DNA of 45,424 nucleotides. It comes from a virus. Position numbers and translations under genes: made by a program. The notes beneath the pieces were generated by a model. The model saw nothing but the letters and a program-made list of their open reading frames with translations. It ran no database searches and had not been told where the DNA came from. How positions within the stretch are numbered: position 1 is the first letter of the stretch; each line of letters opens with the position of its first letter. Below, piece by piece: positions 27,725 to 35,939 of this stretch. The stretch lies in UHGV virus genome UHGV-0356033; one strand, written 5' to 3'.

Positions 27725-28333
27725 TTATTTGGTGTACAGGTGATAACCCATTGAAGTCCAATAATCGACGTTCTTCGTGTTTTCTACCCAAACCTGTCCC
27801 GCCTTTGTGGCTAAGACTTCCATTGTCAATGTACAGATCAGATTTGTTACCGGGATACAATTTCCAGGTGTAACATCATCCAGATAAACCGGATATAAAA
27901 ACGGCGATTTAATGGATTGGTACGGGTAAGAATAGTGGTTACCGACTTTCCACCCTTCTTCTACAGGACAGAGATTAAAAGTACGTGTTTCAGGAACTGC
28001 ATTTTCAGAGATCCAGTTAACAACATCGGCTTTGATTCGATCGTGGTCGATATAGTAGAACACAACACGTTGTGGGATGCTTGTGGTACCAGCCGGATCT
28101 AAAGCCTCCAGCGCCTTGAAAGGCGACGTCAACAATGTTGTACTGTTTTCAAGCGCGTAAACCAACTTTTCGTAAGCGGTCGGCGTTTTGCGTTTAAAAT
28201 ATTCCCGTAAGCGTGGGTACGCCAGGAAGCCCTCTACTTCTTCTTCCATTAAGTCGATGAATAAAGGCGTGTGCGAAAAACGCTCTGCATTTTGCATCGC
28301 TTCAAGAAAACGAACTAATGTAATTTCGTTCAT
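27725..28333 (-). CDS. hypothetical protein (202 aa)
   Basis: ATG 28333 with AAGGAA SD; no Mre11/SbcD phosphoesterase motifs seen. Confidence 0.55.
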   Translation of the reverse strand: MNEITLVRFLEAMQNAERFSHTPLFIDLMEEEVEGFLAYPRLREYFKRKTPTAYEKLVYALENSTTLLTSPFKALEALDPAGTTSIPQRVVFYYIDHDRIKADVVNWISENAVPETRTFNLCPVEEGWKVGNHYSYPYQSIKSPFLYPVYLDDVTPGNCIPVTNLICTLTMEVLATKAGQVWVENTKNVDYWTSMGYHLYTK

Positions 28334-28350
28334 CTGGTCTTTCCTTTTAG

Positions 28351-28381
28351 ATCAAAAAAAGAAGCCCCGAGTAAACGGGGC
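28351..28381 (-). terminator. intrinsic terminator downstream of gene 28390..28866
   Basis: Stem GCCCCG/CGGGGC (28364-28369/28376-28381); T7 run on minus strand. Confidence 0.55.
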
Positions 28382-28389
28382 CGGGCTAA

Positions 28390-28866
28390 TTATAGCCCTA
28401 AGTGCGTGAGTGATAAAATAGGCTGCGTTTCACCTTTAATCGTCGCGAAGGAACGATACATTTCTGCGTTACTTGAAAAAACTTCGTTAGCAACAATACA
28501 TTCACCCGTCTCTAAAGAAAGGAGATAAATGTAGTCACTCCATACGCTTTGTACCAACACCCATTCAAGTGTGGTGTCATTTTCGCGTGTTGTCCGCAGG
28601 TGGTGAAAGTAAGGCCGGATTGCATCAACCGCCGCATTAAAACGACGGTGATAAATTCGGGTTAAGTCAAATGTCCAGATTGTTTCCAGGTCGACTGGAT
28701 GTAATGTGCGCACCGTTTCGATAATCGTCGACTGATCGTTAATACGTGAGGCTTCGGCGATACGCAGTAGTTTCCAGGCCACCGTTAAGTTGTGGCGAAT
28801 TTGTTCAGGTTTAGCCGACAGGTCATGATGAAATTGCGCAGCTTGGTAAACGTTAGATAATTGCAT
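28390..28866 (-). CDS. hypothetical protein (158 aa)
   Basis: ATG 28866 with AAAGGAG SD. Confidence 0.55.
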   Translation of the reverse strand: MQLSNVYQAAQFHHDLSAKPEQIRHNLTVAWKLLRIAEASRINDQSTIIETVRTLHPVDLETIWTFDLTRIYHRRFNAAVDAIRPYFHHLRTTRENDTTLEWVLVQSVWSDYIYLLSLETGECIVANEVFSSNAEMYRSFATIKGETQPILSLTHLGL

Positions 28867-28894
28867 TTTAATACTCCTTTAGGTAAAACATGTC

Positions 28895-28923
28895 GTAAAA
28901 AGGACCCCGGACGTACCGGGGTC
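28895..28923 (-). terminator. intrinsic terminator downstream of gene 28934..29323
   Basis: Stem GACCCCGG/CCGGGGTC (28903-28910/28916-28923); T-run on minus strand. Confidence 0.55.
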
Positions 28924-28933
28924 AAGACTACAC

Positions 28934-29323
28934 TCAATGATCTAATTCGATAGCACCAGCCATCTTGCCCCGTTCTTCGATAACGATCAGATAACGGTCG
29001 CGTGATTTGCTTTTAGCGAGAGTTAAGACAACAGTAGGGTCGCACGTTTTTGTGGTGATTGGAAGAACCTCTTGTGCGACGGAATCGAGCAGAAAGTAAT
29101 AACCTGCGGGACACATTGTTCCACCATCAGCTTTTACCAGAATATAGCGCCCGTCTGCGCCGACTTCTTGGCAGATTGTTTCACCGACTTCACAAACTTC
29201 AAACCCCGGAGGATTGTACTGGTAATCGGTATTGTTGTTTGGGGTTAGCAGTAAATCGTTAACGTGAGTAGATGCTGCTACACTCAGGGAGAAGAAGAAT
29301 GCTAAAACGCAGACGAGACGCAT
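28934..29323 (-). CDS. small secreted Cys-containing protein (129 aa)
   Basis: Signal peptide MRLVCVLAFFFSLSVAAS; AAGGAG SD; several Cys in mature part. Confidence 0.55.
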   Translation of the reverse strand: MRLVCVLAFFFSLSVAASTHVNDLLLTPNNNTDYQYNPPGFEVCEVGETICQEVGADGRYILVKADGGTMCPAGYYFLLDSVAQEVLPITTKTCDPTVVLTLAKSKSRDRYLIVIEERGKMAGAIELDH

Positions 29324-29333
29324 GAGTTACTCC

Positions 29334-29744
29334 TTAAATTTTAAGTTTATCCATAGCCACAACGATAGGTTTTTCCGAAGTGTCTAATATCCCTACCATT
29401 GGCACACCATCTACGACTTTGAAGAATGGTTTGTTATTGCCTGAGCACAACTGTTTGTCGTTGTATTCGAGACGTTGAGCCTTCCACGTTTCGAGGTTGA
29501 GTACGGACATCGGGCTGTCGTAGCACCAGGCACCGCCTTGCTCAACGATGAATACGTATCTGCTACCTTTGTATTTAAACAGACTCTTCGCCTGGCAGTA
29601 CAACCCGTCAATTTCCGTACAATAGAAATCATCGGTGCTATTGACGTATTTAATACCGTCTGGTAACTGTGTTGTTTTTGCTGTAGCGTTAACAGAGAAC
29701 AGAACAGCAATTGCAATGAGAAGAGTATTGATGATAGTTTTCAT
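29334..29744 (-). CDS. small secreted Cys-containing protein (136 aa)
   Basis: Signal peptide MKTIINTLLIAIAVLFSVNATA; AAGGA SD. Confidence 0.55.
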   Translation of the reverse strand: MKTIINTLLIAIAVLFSVNATAKTTQLPDGIKYVNSTDDFYCTEIDGLYCQAKSLFKYKGSRYVFIVEQGGAWCYDSPMSVLNLETWKAQRLEYNDKQLCSGNNKPFFKVVDGVPMVGILDTSEKPIVVAMDKLKI

Positions 29745-29755
29745 GATAGAAGTCC

Positions 29756-30241
29756 TTAGTATTTAGATTGTTCTGCGTATTTCTTAACCAGGTAAGCGAA
29801 TTCAGCAACACCGATATCACCGAACCAAATCAGATAACCGGGGTCGATGTTGTAGTAATAACCGACAAGTTTCTTGGTGTGTGGGTTGTATAGCGTTACG
29901 ATATATTCCCAGCCACAAGCGTTAGCTTTACAACCGCCGCTTTCAATCCAGATTTTGTTGTTGATGTTTACCGGATACATGTTACCTCCAGGGCCATCCA
30001 TGTAACCTTTAGAGCCGAACATACCATCCAGTCCCACGCGGTCTAGTGTTTTATCAACAACGGCTTTAAACGACTTATCGGTATCGTACAAGTCGTTGAT
30101 GTTTGGGCACGCATTTGGCTGACCTTCCCAAGCGTTTCCATCACAGGTAAGCAATTCGTCTACGGAGGCCGCATCTACAGTTGGTGTGACACCGATAAAC
30201 AAGAAAACCAGAAAGAACATCAGTGTATGTAAACGTTTCAT
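29756..30241 (-). CDS. small secreted Cys-containing protein (161 aa)
   Basis: Signal peptide MKRLHTLMFFLVFLFIGVTPTVDA; AAGGAG SD. Confidence 0.55.
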   Translation of the reverse strand: MKRLHTLMFFLVFLFIGVTPTVDAASVDELLTCDGNAWEGQPNACPNINDLYDTDKSFKAVVDKTLDRVGLDGMFGSKGYMDGPGGNMYPVNINNKIWIESGGCKANACGWEYIVTLYNPHTKKLVGYYYNIDPGYLIWFGDIGVAEFAYLVKKYAEQSKY

Positions 30242-30259
30242 TGTAACTACTCCTTTAGA

Positions 30260-30652
30260 TTATTCGGCAGGACGATTTAAGGTAACGCGCCCGATTAATT
30301 CGGCGTTGTGAAAGAAGTCCACAGCGGTATAGTTACCAACTGATAGCGGATGGATACTAACTGACATTACTTTTGGTTGCTCGCAGGCAATATCCGTCAG
30401 ACGTTGGTAGACTTGTGCACGGGTGTCAGCAATGAGTAATCCCGTACACGTTTCACCACGCACTAAACGATAAACTTGCAGTTTACCGAAACTGCGCATT
30501 AACGTAGGCGTCTCATCCGGGTTGATAATCGGTGAGTCAGGAGCCGGTTCGTAATAGCGGACATCCGAATCACCGAAAGCATAAGTACCGGTAATACCGA
30601 CTGCACAGAAAATAATGATAGTATAAAGTATAGTTCTGATATTCATTTTCAC
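30260..30652 (-). CDS. small secreted protein (130 aa)
   Basis: N-terminal hydrophobic signal MKMNIRTILYTIIIFCAVGITGTYA; start (GTG 30652 or ATG 30646) uncertain. Confidence 0.45.
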   Translation of the reverse strand: MKMNIRTILYTIIIFCAVGITGTYAFGDSDVRYYEPAPDSPIINPDETPTLMRSFGKLQVYRLVRGETCTGLLIADTRAQVYQRLTDIACEQPKVMSVSIHPLSVGNYTAVDFFHNAELIGRVTLNRPAE

Positions 30653-30674
30653 GCACTCTAAAAAAGATTAATAT

Positions 30675-31136
30675 TTATTTGTTAGGACGGGTGTGTCCAC
30701 AGTTCTGGAAGAAAGTTTCAGACAGACGTTCGCCTTCTACGGTAAAGTTAGCGGCGTCGTTACCATTGATACTCACACTGAAAGTTTTGGCATTACCGAT
30801 GGCATTAACGAAAGCAACCCAAGCGCGTTCTGCTTTGTCACTACCGTCCACGGTAGGGATGTTATAGGTTTTGCCGTTTACGACAATATCGATCGTGTTA
30901 TCTTCAGCGTTAGTTGCACCTACGGGTTCACCGTAATACCAAACCATGCGACCGTAAAATTTGCGATTCGCAGTTTCAGTGTCACAGTTGATAGACAGTC
31001 CGTTTCCGGCGGTGTCTTCGATTTCGTAAACTGCCTGGCCAGGGTTTTGTATTTGTTCCCAGCTGTTGATAGCGGCGTGTGCGCTATTGAGGCCGAAAGT
31101 TAAAATGGTTATTAAGAAACTGATAAAGGTTTTCAT
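30675..31136 (-). CDS. small secreted protein (153 aa)
   Basis: Signal peptide MKTFISFLITILTFGLNSAHA; AAGGAG SD. Confidence 0.55.
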   Translation of the reverse strand: MKTFISFLITILTFGLNSAHAAINSWEQIQNPGQAVYEIEDTAGNGLSINCDTETANRKFYGRMVWYYGEPVGATNAEDNTIDIVVNGKTYNIPTVDGSDKAERAWVAFVNAIGNAKTFSVSINGNDAANFTVEGERLSETFFQNCGHTRPNK

Positions 31137-31182
31137 TGAAATGCTCCTTCTGGTTATGGGGAAGTTCCCACAAATTATGAAA

Positions 31183-31554
31183 TTAAATAACTGTGTTGGG
31201 GAATGCTTTAATCTGTGTATAACTATCTCCGATACCTCTTATCATTTCCAGACGTTCTTCTGTAGAAAGGCTTTGGTTAATGTCTTTGTCGAGATTGAAC
31301 AGTGTCAAGAGTTTTGCAATTGCAACCGTCAGGTTGTCGGACAGCTCGTTGTTTTTACGCCATTCTTCGTTACGGAAAATAGAGATAAGGTCTTTCGCCT
31401 GGCCTTCAGCGTGTGGTTTGGCTAACTGCGCGTCACGCTGTTCGATAAGGTATGCTTCGTTGGTAAGTAAACGTTTCAGGTCTTCTGGGTTAGTGGCAGC
31501 GCGAGTAACGATCAGTAATACAACAAACGGGTCTTTAAATAATTCGTTTTTCAT
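31183..31554 (-). CDS. hypothetical protein (123 aa)
   Basis: ATG 31554 with AGGAGAA SD. Confidence 0.55.
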   Translation of the reverse strand: MKNELFKDPFVVLLIVTRAATNPEDLKRLLTNEAYLIEQRDAQLAKPHAEGQAKDLISIFRNEEWRKNNELSDNLTVAIAKLLTLFNLDKDINQSLSTEERLEMIRGIGDSYTQIKAFPNTVI

Positions 31555-31584
31555 CTTTAGTTCTCCTAAAATGGTTTTAGTTAA

Positions 31585-31626
31585 GTGAGAGCTTTTGTAC
31601 TCTCACCTAAGTAATATATATCTGAA
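31585..31626. promoter_or_regulatory. conserved regulatory element copy 1: stem-loop plus 19-bp motif TAAGTAATATATATCTGAA
   Basis: Stem GTGAGAG/CTCTCAC (31585-31591/31600-31606) immediately followed by motif at 31608-31626; identical 19-mer recurs at 35894-35912. Confidence 0.4.
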
Positions 31627-31644
31627 ATTATTTTTAATATTAAC

Positions 31645-31679
31645 GAACAAAAAATAAAAGGTGGGGGTTTACCCCCACC
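31645..31679 (-). terminator. intrinsic terminator downstream of gene 31684..32262
   Basis: G/C stem GTGGGGG/CCCCCAC around 31660-31679; T-run on minus strand. Confidence 0.5.
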
Positions 31680-31683
31680 GATG

Positions 31684-32262
31684 TTATACATCGAACCGGT
31701 ACTGCCGGGAGTTAATGAGGAACTCGGTATTCAGCTCAATCCATTCGAGTAAATCACCCAACGGTAATCGGTTTGGGTTTTCTAACTCAATAGACGCTAC
31801 CGGATAAGAGTTTACTAATTCCGTAATTGCCTCAATACCCTCTTGCGTTCCATCGTCTTCTAAGGTGATTGTAAACGGCATATCGGCACGATCCGCATTA
31901 GGATTGTACAAACTGACTTTCGTTGCTTGGACAAACGCAGTCAGGTCGTCACGTATAATGCGTGTATCAGGCGCTAGAACTACCCAGAGATGTTGTCCTG
32001 GCTGGAGTTTACGTTTTGCGTAGTTTAAGAACGGATTAGCCGGTAAGCTTTCTAAACCACTGCAAATGTTCCGTAAATGAATCCCTCGTGGGTCTTTATA
32101 GTCCACGCTGAAGATTCCTACCGGTTCCTTCGCTGCCTGTTTTATCAGAAAGACCAATACCGTGTCCGCTCTTTCTGGTAAGGAAAGCTCTATTCCCTCA
32201 AGCTCCCCATCGACGAGGTTTTCCAACCAAACGTCTTTTCGCATTTCTATTAATCGGTACAC
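31684..32262 (-). CDS. hypothetical protein (about 186-192 aa)
   Basis: ORF; GTG 32262 with GAGGTGG SD, or ATG 32244. Confidence 0.5.
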   Translation of the reverse strand: MYRLIEMRKDVWLENLVDGELEGIELSLPERADTVLVFLIKQAAKEPVGIFSVDYKDPRGIHLRNICSGLESLPANPFLNYAKRKLQPGQHLWVVLAPDTRIIRDDLTAFVQATKVSLYNPNADRADMPFTITLEDDGTQEGIEAITELVNSYPVASIELENPNRLPLGDLLEWIELNTEFLINSRQYRFDV

Positions 32263-32274
32263 GGTACCACCTCA

Positions 32275-33048
32275 CTATTGATTAAGTTTTACATCGGCAA
32301 TAAACAGCAATTGTTTACCATGTTGCTGCACTTCTTTCCAACCCAGTTTCATAGCAGCGTCAACAACATCTAACATGCTGTAACGGGACATCAACGCGGT
32401 TGATTTTGTTCCTGACATTAAATAAAGTGGCTCATTAGGGCAACGGTCTCGAGCATCAGGAAGTTCTCGAATAACCGCTGAGCCTTCGGGTACGGTAACA
32501 ACATGAATCACGGTAAATGGTCTCTTGTGTGTTAAGTAGATACGGAACCCAACGTGTTCAGATTCATGAAAGATTTTCTTCACGACCACATCTTTCAGTG
32601 TCGTCTGAACATCATCCCCAGGTAATATCGTGGATTCACGAGAAACGAAACAACGACTATTTTCAATCGTGGAGAAATAATTACGTATCGGCAAACTGGC
32701 GTTATGATCGCGCAGTTTTTTGCTCAATAGATCGAAGTTCAGTTCTTTAACTTTTTCTAACCACTCTTTGGCTTGTTGAATGTAATAACTACCAACAGCG
32801 CGATAAGTTAATACCTTACCTGTGCTCACTTTCCAAAGCTTGATGCTTAGTGAATTTGGCTTATAGCGACGATACTCACCCTGCGTATGGTTGATGCGCT
32901 CGTAACGCTCTACATCATCAACTGGTGCAGATTCGACCGATTGTAATTGCAGCGTACGATCTAATCTATCGGCAAATAGTAGTGATGATAGCGGGCCTTC
33001 GATCATATACGGTTCGGTTTTAAAGATATCGTCTAAATGGACTTTCAT
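32275..33048 (-). CDS. paralogue-array member A (257 aa), C-terminal GW...QLLF motif
   Basis: ATG 33048 with AAGGAA SD; C-terminus KLGWKEVQQHGKQLLFIADV; N-terminus MKVHLDDIF. Confidence 0.6.
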   Translation of the reverse strand: MKVHLDDIFKTEPYMIEGPLSSLLFADRLDRTLQLQSVESAPVDDVERYERINHTQGEYRRYKPNSLSIKLWKVSTGKVLTYRAVGSYYIQQAKEWLEKVKELNFDLLSKKLRDHNASLPIRNYFSTIENSRCFVSRESTILPGDDVQTTLKDVVVKKIFHESEHVGFRIYLTHKRPFTVIHVVTVPEGSAVIRELPDARDRCPNEPLYLMSGTKSTALMSRYSMLDVVDAAMKLGWKEVQQHGKQLLFIADVKLNQ

Positions 33049-33061
33049 TTCTATTTCCTTC

Positions 33062-33089
33062 TTAACAAAAGCCGCGACTAAAGCGCGGC
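33062..33089 (-). terminator. intrinsic terminator downstream of gene 33116..34267
   Basis: Stem GCCGCG/CGCGGC (33071-33076/33084-33089); TTTTGTT on minus strand. Confidence 0.45.
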
Positions 33090-33115
33090 AGTTAGAGAAA
33101 GTGTATTTTCACTTA

Positions 33116-34267
33116 TTAGAGGTCAGCAACAAACAACAGCTGACTGCCGTATTTTTGCACGTCAGCCCAACCGTAGTCTTTCCCGATTATAGGTAGATGT
33201 AAAGCATCCAGTTTCTCGTCTTTTGCCTTTAGTTGCGCCATTAGCGCATTGGACGCCTCGGCACTGAGCAGTAATGCGGGTTCTTTTTCAGTACGTCCTT
33301 CTGCGGTCGGGAAGAAATCGTAATAGCTGCGAGTAGGTAAATCGACAGAAAAACTACGATTGCCTATTATGATGAAGAACGCAACTCCTTCACAGTTAGC
33401 ATCTACACTACACGACCACCCCGCCTCTGTTAAAAGGTCTTTTAACAGACACCACACTTTAAGTTGGTCCTTAGAAAGTGTACGGTAGATAGCAAGATGG
33501 TCAGGAAGTAAATGTACAGCCATAACCACGTTTTCAGATTTCTCGTCAAGCAACTCTGGATGTTGAATCGGGAACAATAATTCACTGATACCCACGTTAT
33601 CAATTTTGTTAACAAAATCAGTTAATTCATCTTTTAAGGTACGCACGGATTTTTCTCCTTCGACTTCAATAATCTGGTGGGGTTCGCCGCTAATTAAAAT
33701 GTGGTAAACGATGTCGTCGGTAGAACGGTAAGTGAGTTTGATAGCTTTATCACTTAACATTTCGTAGCGGAAGAAACTTTCGTACCAACTTGAGCCGAAA
33801 TCGTTTCGTGTAAGTTCCTGCTCAACTTTGATGGTTTTTGCTTCAAAGCCAATTAACCCGCTTAATAACGCGAGTTCTGGCTTAGTTAAAATAGCCGCAC
33901 CGTGAAAGGGCACTTTCTCAAGCTGAAAACATAAATTACTGACTTTACCACTTGGGAAGACCTTAAACATAATCTTCCGGTTGCTACTCTTTTCTCTAAC
34001 AACGAGTTTACGGTAATTTAGTCCACAATTTGAGTAAACCGCGAACTGGTAACCTTCAATTTCTTCATCGTAAGTACAGACATCGACAGGCGCGATAATC
34101 TCATCGTATTCACTAAGTACACAGCAGCCCAAGTTATAACCAAACAACTCGCGTTGTAATGAAGACTCGATGGTTAAGCTTGGTAGTGACCAAACCCGAT
34201 TATAGCATCTGTCCATCAATTCTTTTAGGATTTTGACATGTCCTGGTTTAGAAATAATATTTCGCAT
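33116..34267 (-). CDS. paralogue-array member B (383 aa), C-terminal GW...QLLF motif
   Basis: ATG 34267 with AAGGAGAG SD; C-terminus KDYGWADVQKYGSQLLFVADL. Confidence 0.6.
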   Translation of the reverse strand: MRNIISKPGHVKILKELMDRCYNRVWSLPSLTIESSLQRELFGYNLGCCVLSEYDEIIAPVDVCTYDEEIEGYQFAVYSNCGLNYRKLVVREKSSNRKIMFKVFPSGKVSNLCFQLEKVPFHGAAILTKPELALLSGLIGFEAKTIKVEQELTRNDFGSSWYESFFRYEMLSDKAIKLTYRSTDDIVYHILISGEPHQIIEVEGEKSVRTLKDELTDFVNKIDNVGISELLFPIQHPELLDEKSENVVMAVHLLPDHLAIYRTLSKDQLKVWCLLKDLLTEAGWSCSVDANCEGVAFFIIIGNRSFSVDLPTRSYYDFFPTAEGRTEKEPALLLSAEASNALMAQLKAKDEKLDALHLPIIGKDYGWADVQKYGSQLLFVADL

Positions 34268-34296
34268 TTTTACTCTCCTTTAGGGTTTTTCGTTAC

Positions 34297-34851
34297 TTAA
34301 GCAGGGTAAGCTAAGAACAACAACTGCTGGCCGAGTTTACGTACGGTATACCAACCGTGGGCTTTAGCGACCGCGATCAACGTTTCCCAGTCGTCAACAT
34401 CGCACTGCTCATTCCGAAGTCTTGTAAAGAGCGCCTCGGCTTCGCTTTGGTTTAATAACTTACCTGGATCGTCTGGGGTGCAATCAGTAGGGGTTGGAAA
34501 GAAAGCATACTGCCGCGCTAGGAGAAAATCGACCAGATACTTGGTGCTCTCTTTATAAACCAGCGTGGAAGTCTTCCCTTCGTGGAAGAAGCTACCTGTT
34601 TTCCAAACGCTATCTTTCAGTAAGCTCTGAAAGTAATCTGTAAAACCCGTTCTAAACGGGATATGGGTTTTACGTGTGATGTTGCGACGCAGCGGAGTTT
34701 CCTCTACAGCTTGTACACTTACCCCTACTATCATCGCACCTGGCTGAATAATGGTATTGGTCAGTACAGTATAAGGACGGACAAAGAAATGTTCGCCTAC
34801 GCCTTTTTCAAGGGTTTGGATAATTTCATTTTTCAGTTCAGTTTGAAACAT
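34297..34851 (-). CDS. paralogue-array member C (184 aa), C-terminal GW...QLLF motif
   Basis: ATG 34851 with AAGGAGAA SD; C-terminus KAHGWYTVRKLGQQLLFLAYPA. Confidence 0.6.
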   Translation of the reverse strand: MFQTELKNEIIQTLEKGVGEHFFVRPYTVLTNTIIQPGAMIVGVSVQAVEETPLRRNITRKTHIPFRTGFTDYFQSLLKDSVWKTGSFFHEGKTSTLVYKESTKYLVDFLLARQYAFFPTPTDCTPDDPGKLLNQSEAEALFTRLRNEQCDVDDWETLIAVAKAHGWYTVRKLGQQLLFLAYPA

Positions 34852-34880
34852 GGTATATTCTCCTTTTTCGGTTTTCTTAA

Positions 34881-35618
34881 TTACGCGGTTTTAATTAGCA
34901 GCAGATAGTCTTTCGTAATCTCAGCACAACTCCACCCTCTCATCGTGGCGATTTTACGAAGATCGATTTTCTCGTGATATCTCAATAAGGGATCGTCCGG
35001 GTTAATTTCAACCAGGTGGGTGGCTTTAGAAATCGTTTCTACATCAGGGATCTGTTTTGCTAAGTCTGATGCAATCAGTTCAATAACGCGGTATCCATTT
35101 AATACAGAAACATAAATGCGTAAACCATATAGCGTGCCCTCGTCTTCTAATGGACAAAGATCGATGCCAGGTCCAAGCAGTGATAACTCGACGTTATCGG
35201 GAAGGTTTTCTGCATTTCGGAGTAACCCTATCCCATTTCTAAACAGAGGGAAGTAAGAGAATAGTGGTGGTAAAGCCCAACCGTTCCCAATAAGCACATC
35301 AGCGATACTAGTAGGTGTGTTCGCAAGAAGACGAATGTGGTCAGCCACAACTTCAAGTTCGGCGTCACTGATCAACTTATAGATTAACATGACACTGGTT
35401 TCGGTATTAATAACAAAGAAGACGCGGTTGGCGTAACTACCTATCGTGTATTCGTCAATCATACGGTCGATAACGTCACTGTCTGGATAATCTTCAGGTT
35501 TAATTGTTCCGGCGTCGATTAACTTAGCAGGTTGCGATTGTTTTATTAGTTCGTTAACCACCGTAGAAGAAAGTTCTAAACTGGTGTTAGTAAAGATATC
35601 GTCTAATAATTCTCTCAT
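34881..35618 (-). CDS. paralogue-array member D (245 aa), divergent C-terminal motif
   Basis: ATG 35618; N-terminus MRELLDDIF matches member A; C-terminus RGWSCAEITKDYLLLIKTA is a degenerate version of the motif. Confidence 0.5.
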   Translation of the reverse strand: MRELLDDIFTNTSLELSSTVVNELIKQSQPAKLIDAGTIKPEDYPDSDVIDRMIDEYTIGSYANRVFFVINTETSVMLIYKLISDAELEVVADHIRLLANTPTSIADVLIGNGWALPPLFSYFPLFRNGIGLLRNAENLPDNVELSLLGPGIDLCPLEDEGTLYGLRIYVSVLNGYRVIELIASDLAKQIPDVETISKATHLVEINPDDPLLRYHEKIDLRKIATMRGWSCAEITKDYLLLIKTA

Positions 35619-35714
35619 GATTTACTCGCTAATCCCAATGAAGGGAAGGCTATTATTATGGATTGTAAAAGAGGTATAAGGAAGTCACTACGTTCCTCTG
35701 GGAAGAGTATGTCG

Positions 35715-35773
35715 GTATACTCCGTATACCTCCGCTATTTATATCCGTATACATAATGCCCCCTACCCCCTAC
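35715..35773. repeat. three TC(C/G)GTATAC palindrome-containing repeats plus tandem CCCCTAC x2
   Basis: GTATAC at 35715-35720, 35724-35729 and 35747-35752; CCCCTAC at 35760-35766 and 35767-35773; inside a 320-bp divergent intergenic region. Confidence 0.5.
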
Positions 35774-35860
35774 CGGTATCCCGAGTAGCAGAATAAAGGG
35801 GCAGACTGTAAAATTTTAGTAACCTTTAACGAAAGGTACTAAAAGGATAACGTGCCCGTA

Positions 35861-35912
35861 GGGACTGAACTGGTACTTCAGTCCCTATTCACTTAAGTAA
35901 TATATATCTGAA
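35861..35912. promoter_or_regulatory. conserved regulatory element copy 2: stem-loop plus 19-bp motif, 28 bp upstream of gene 35940
   Basis: Stem GGGACTGAA/TTCAGTCCC (35861-35869/35877-35885) followed by TTCACT then TAAGTAATATATATCTGAA at 35894-35912. Confidence 0.45.
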
Positions 35913-35939
35913 TTCAATTCCGATCTAAGGAACGTCCCG

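Noticed and set aside
27725-28333. Upstream 202-aa gene as the Mre11/SbcD partner of the ATPase
   Set aside because: No N-terminal D-x-H, GDxxD or GNH(D/E) phosphoesterase motifs; the only DHD triplet is mid-protein in the wrong context
28934-31136. Lipoprotein (Llp/Cor-type) interpretation of the secreted proteins
   Set aside because: None has an L-x-x-C lipobox at the end of its signal peptide; they look like soluble periplasmic or secreted proteins
35658-35756. 32-codon plus-strand ORF (MDCKRGIRKSL...) in the divergent intergenic region
   Set aside because: Its sequence is made of the GTATAC repeats; more likely a regulatory DNA region than a gene, though a leader peptide cannot be excluded
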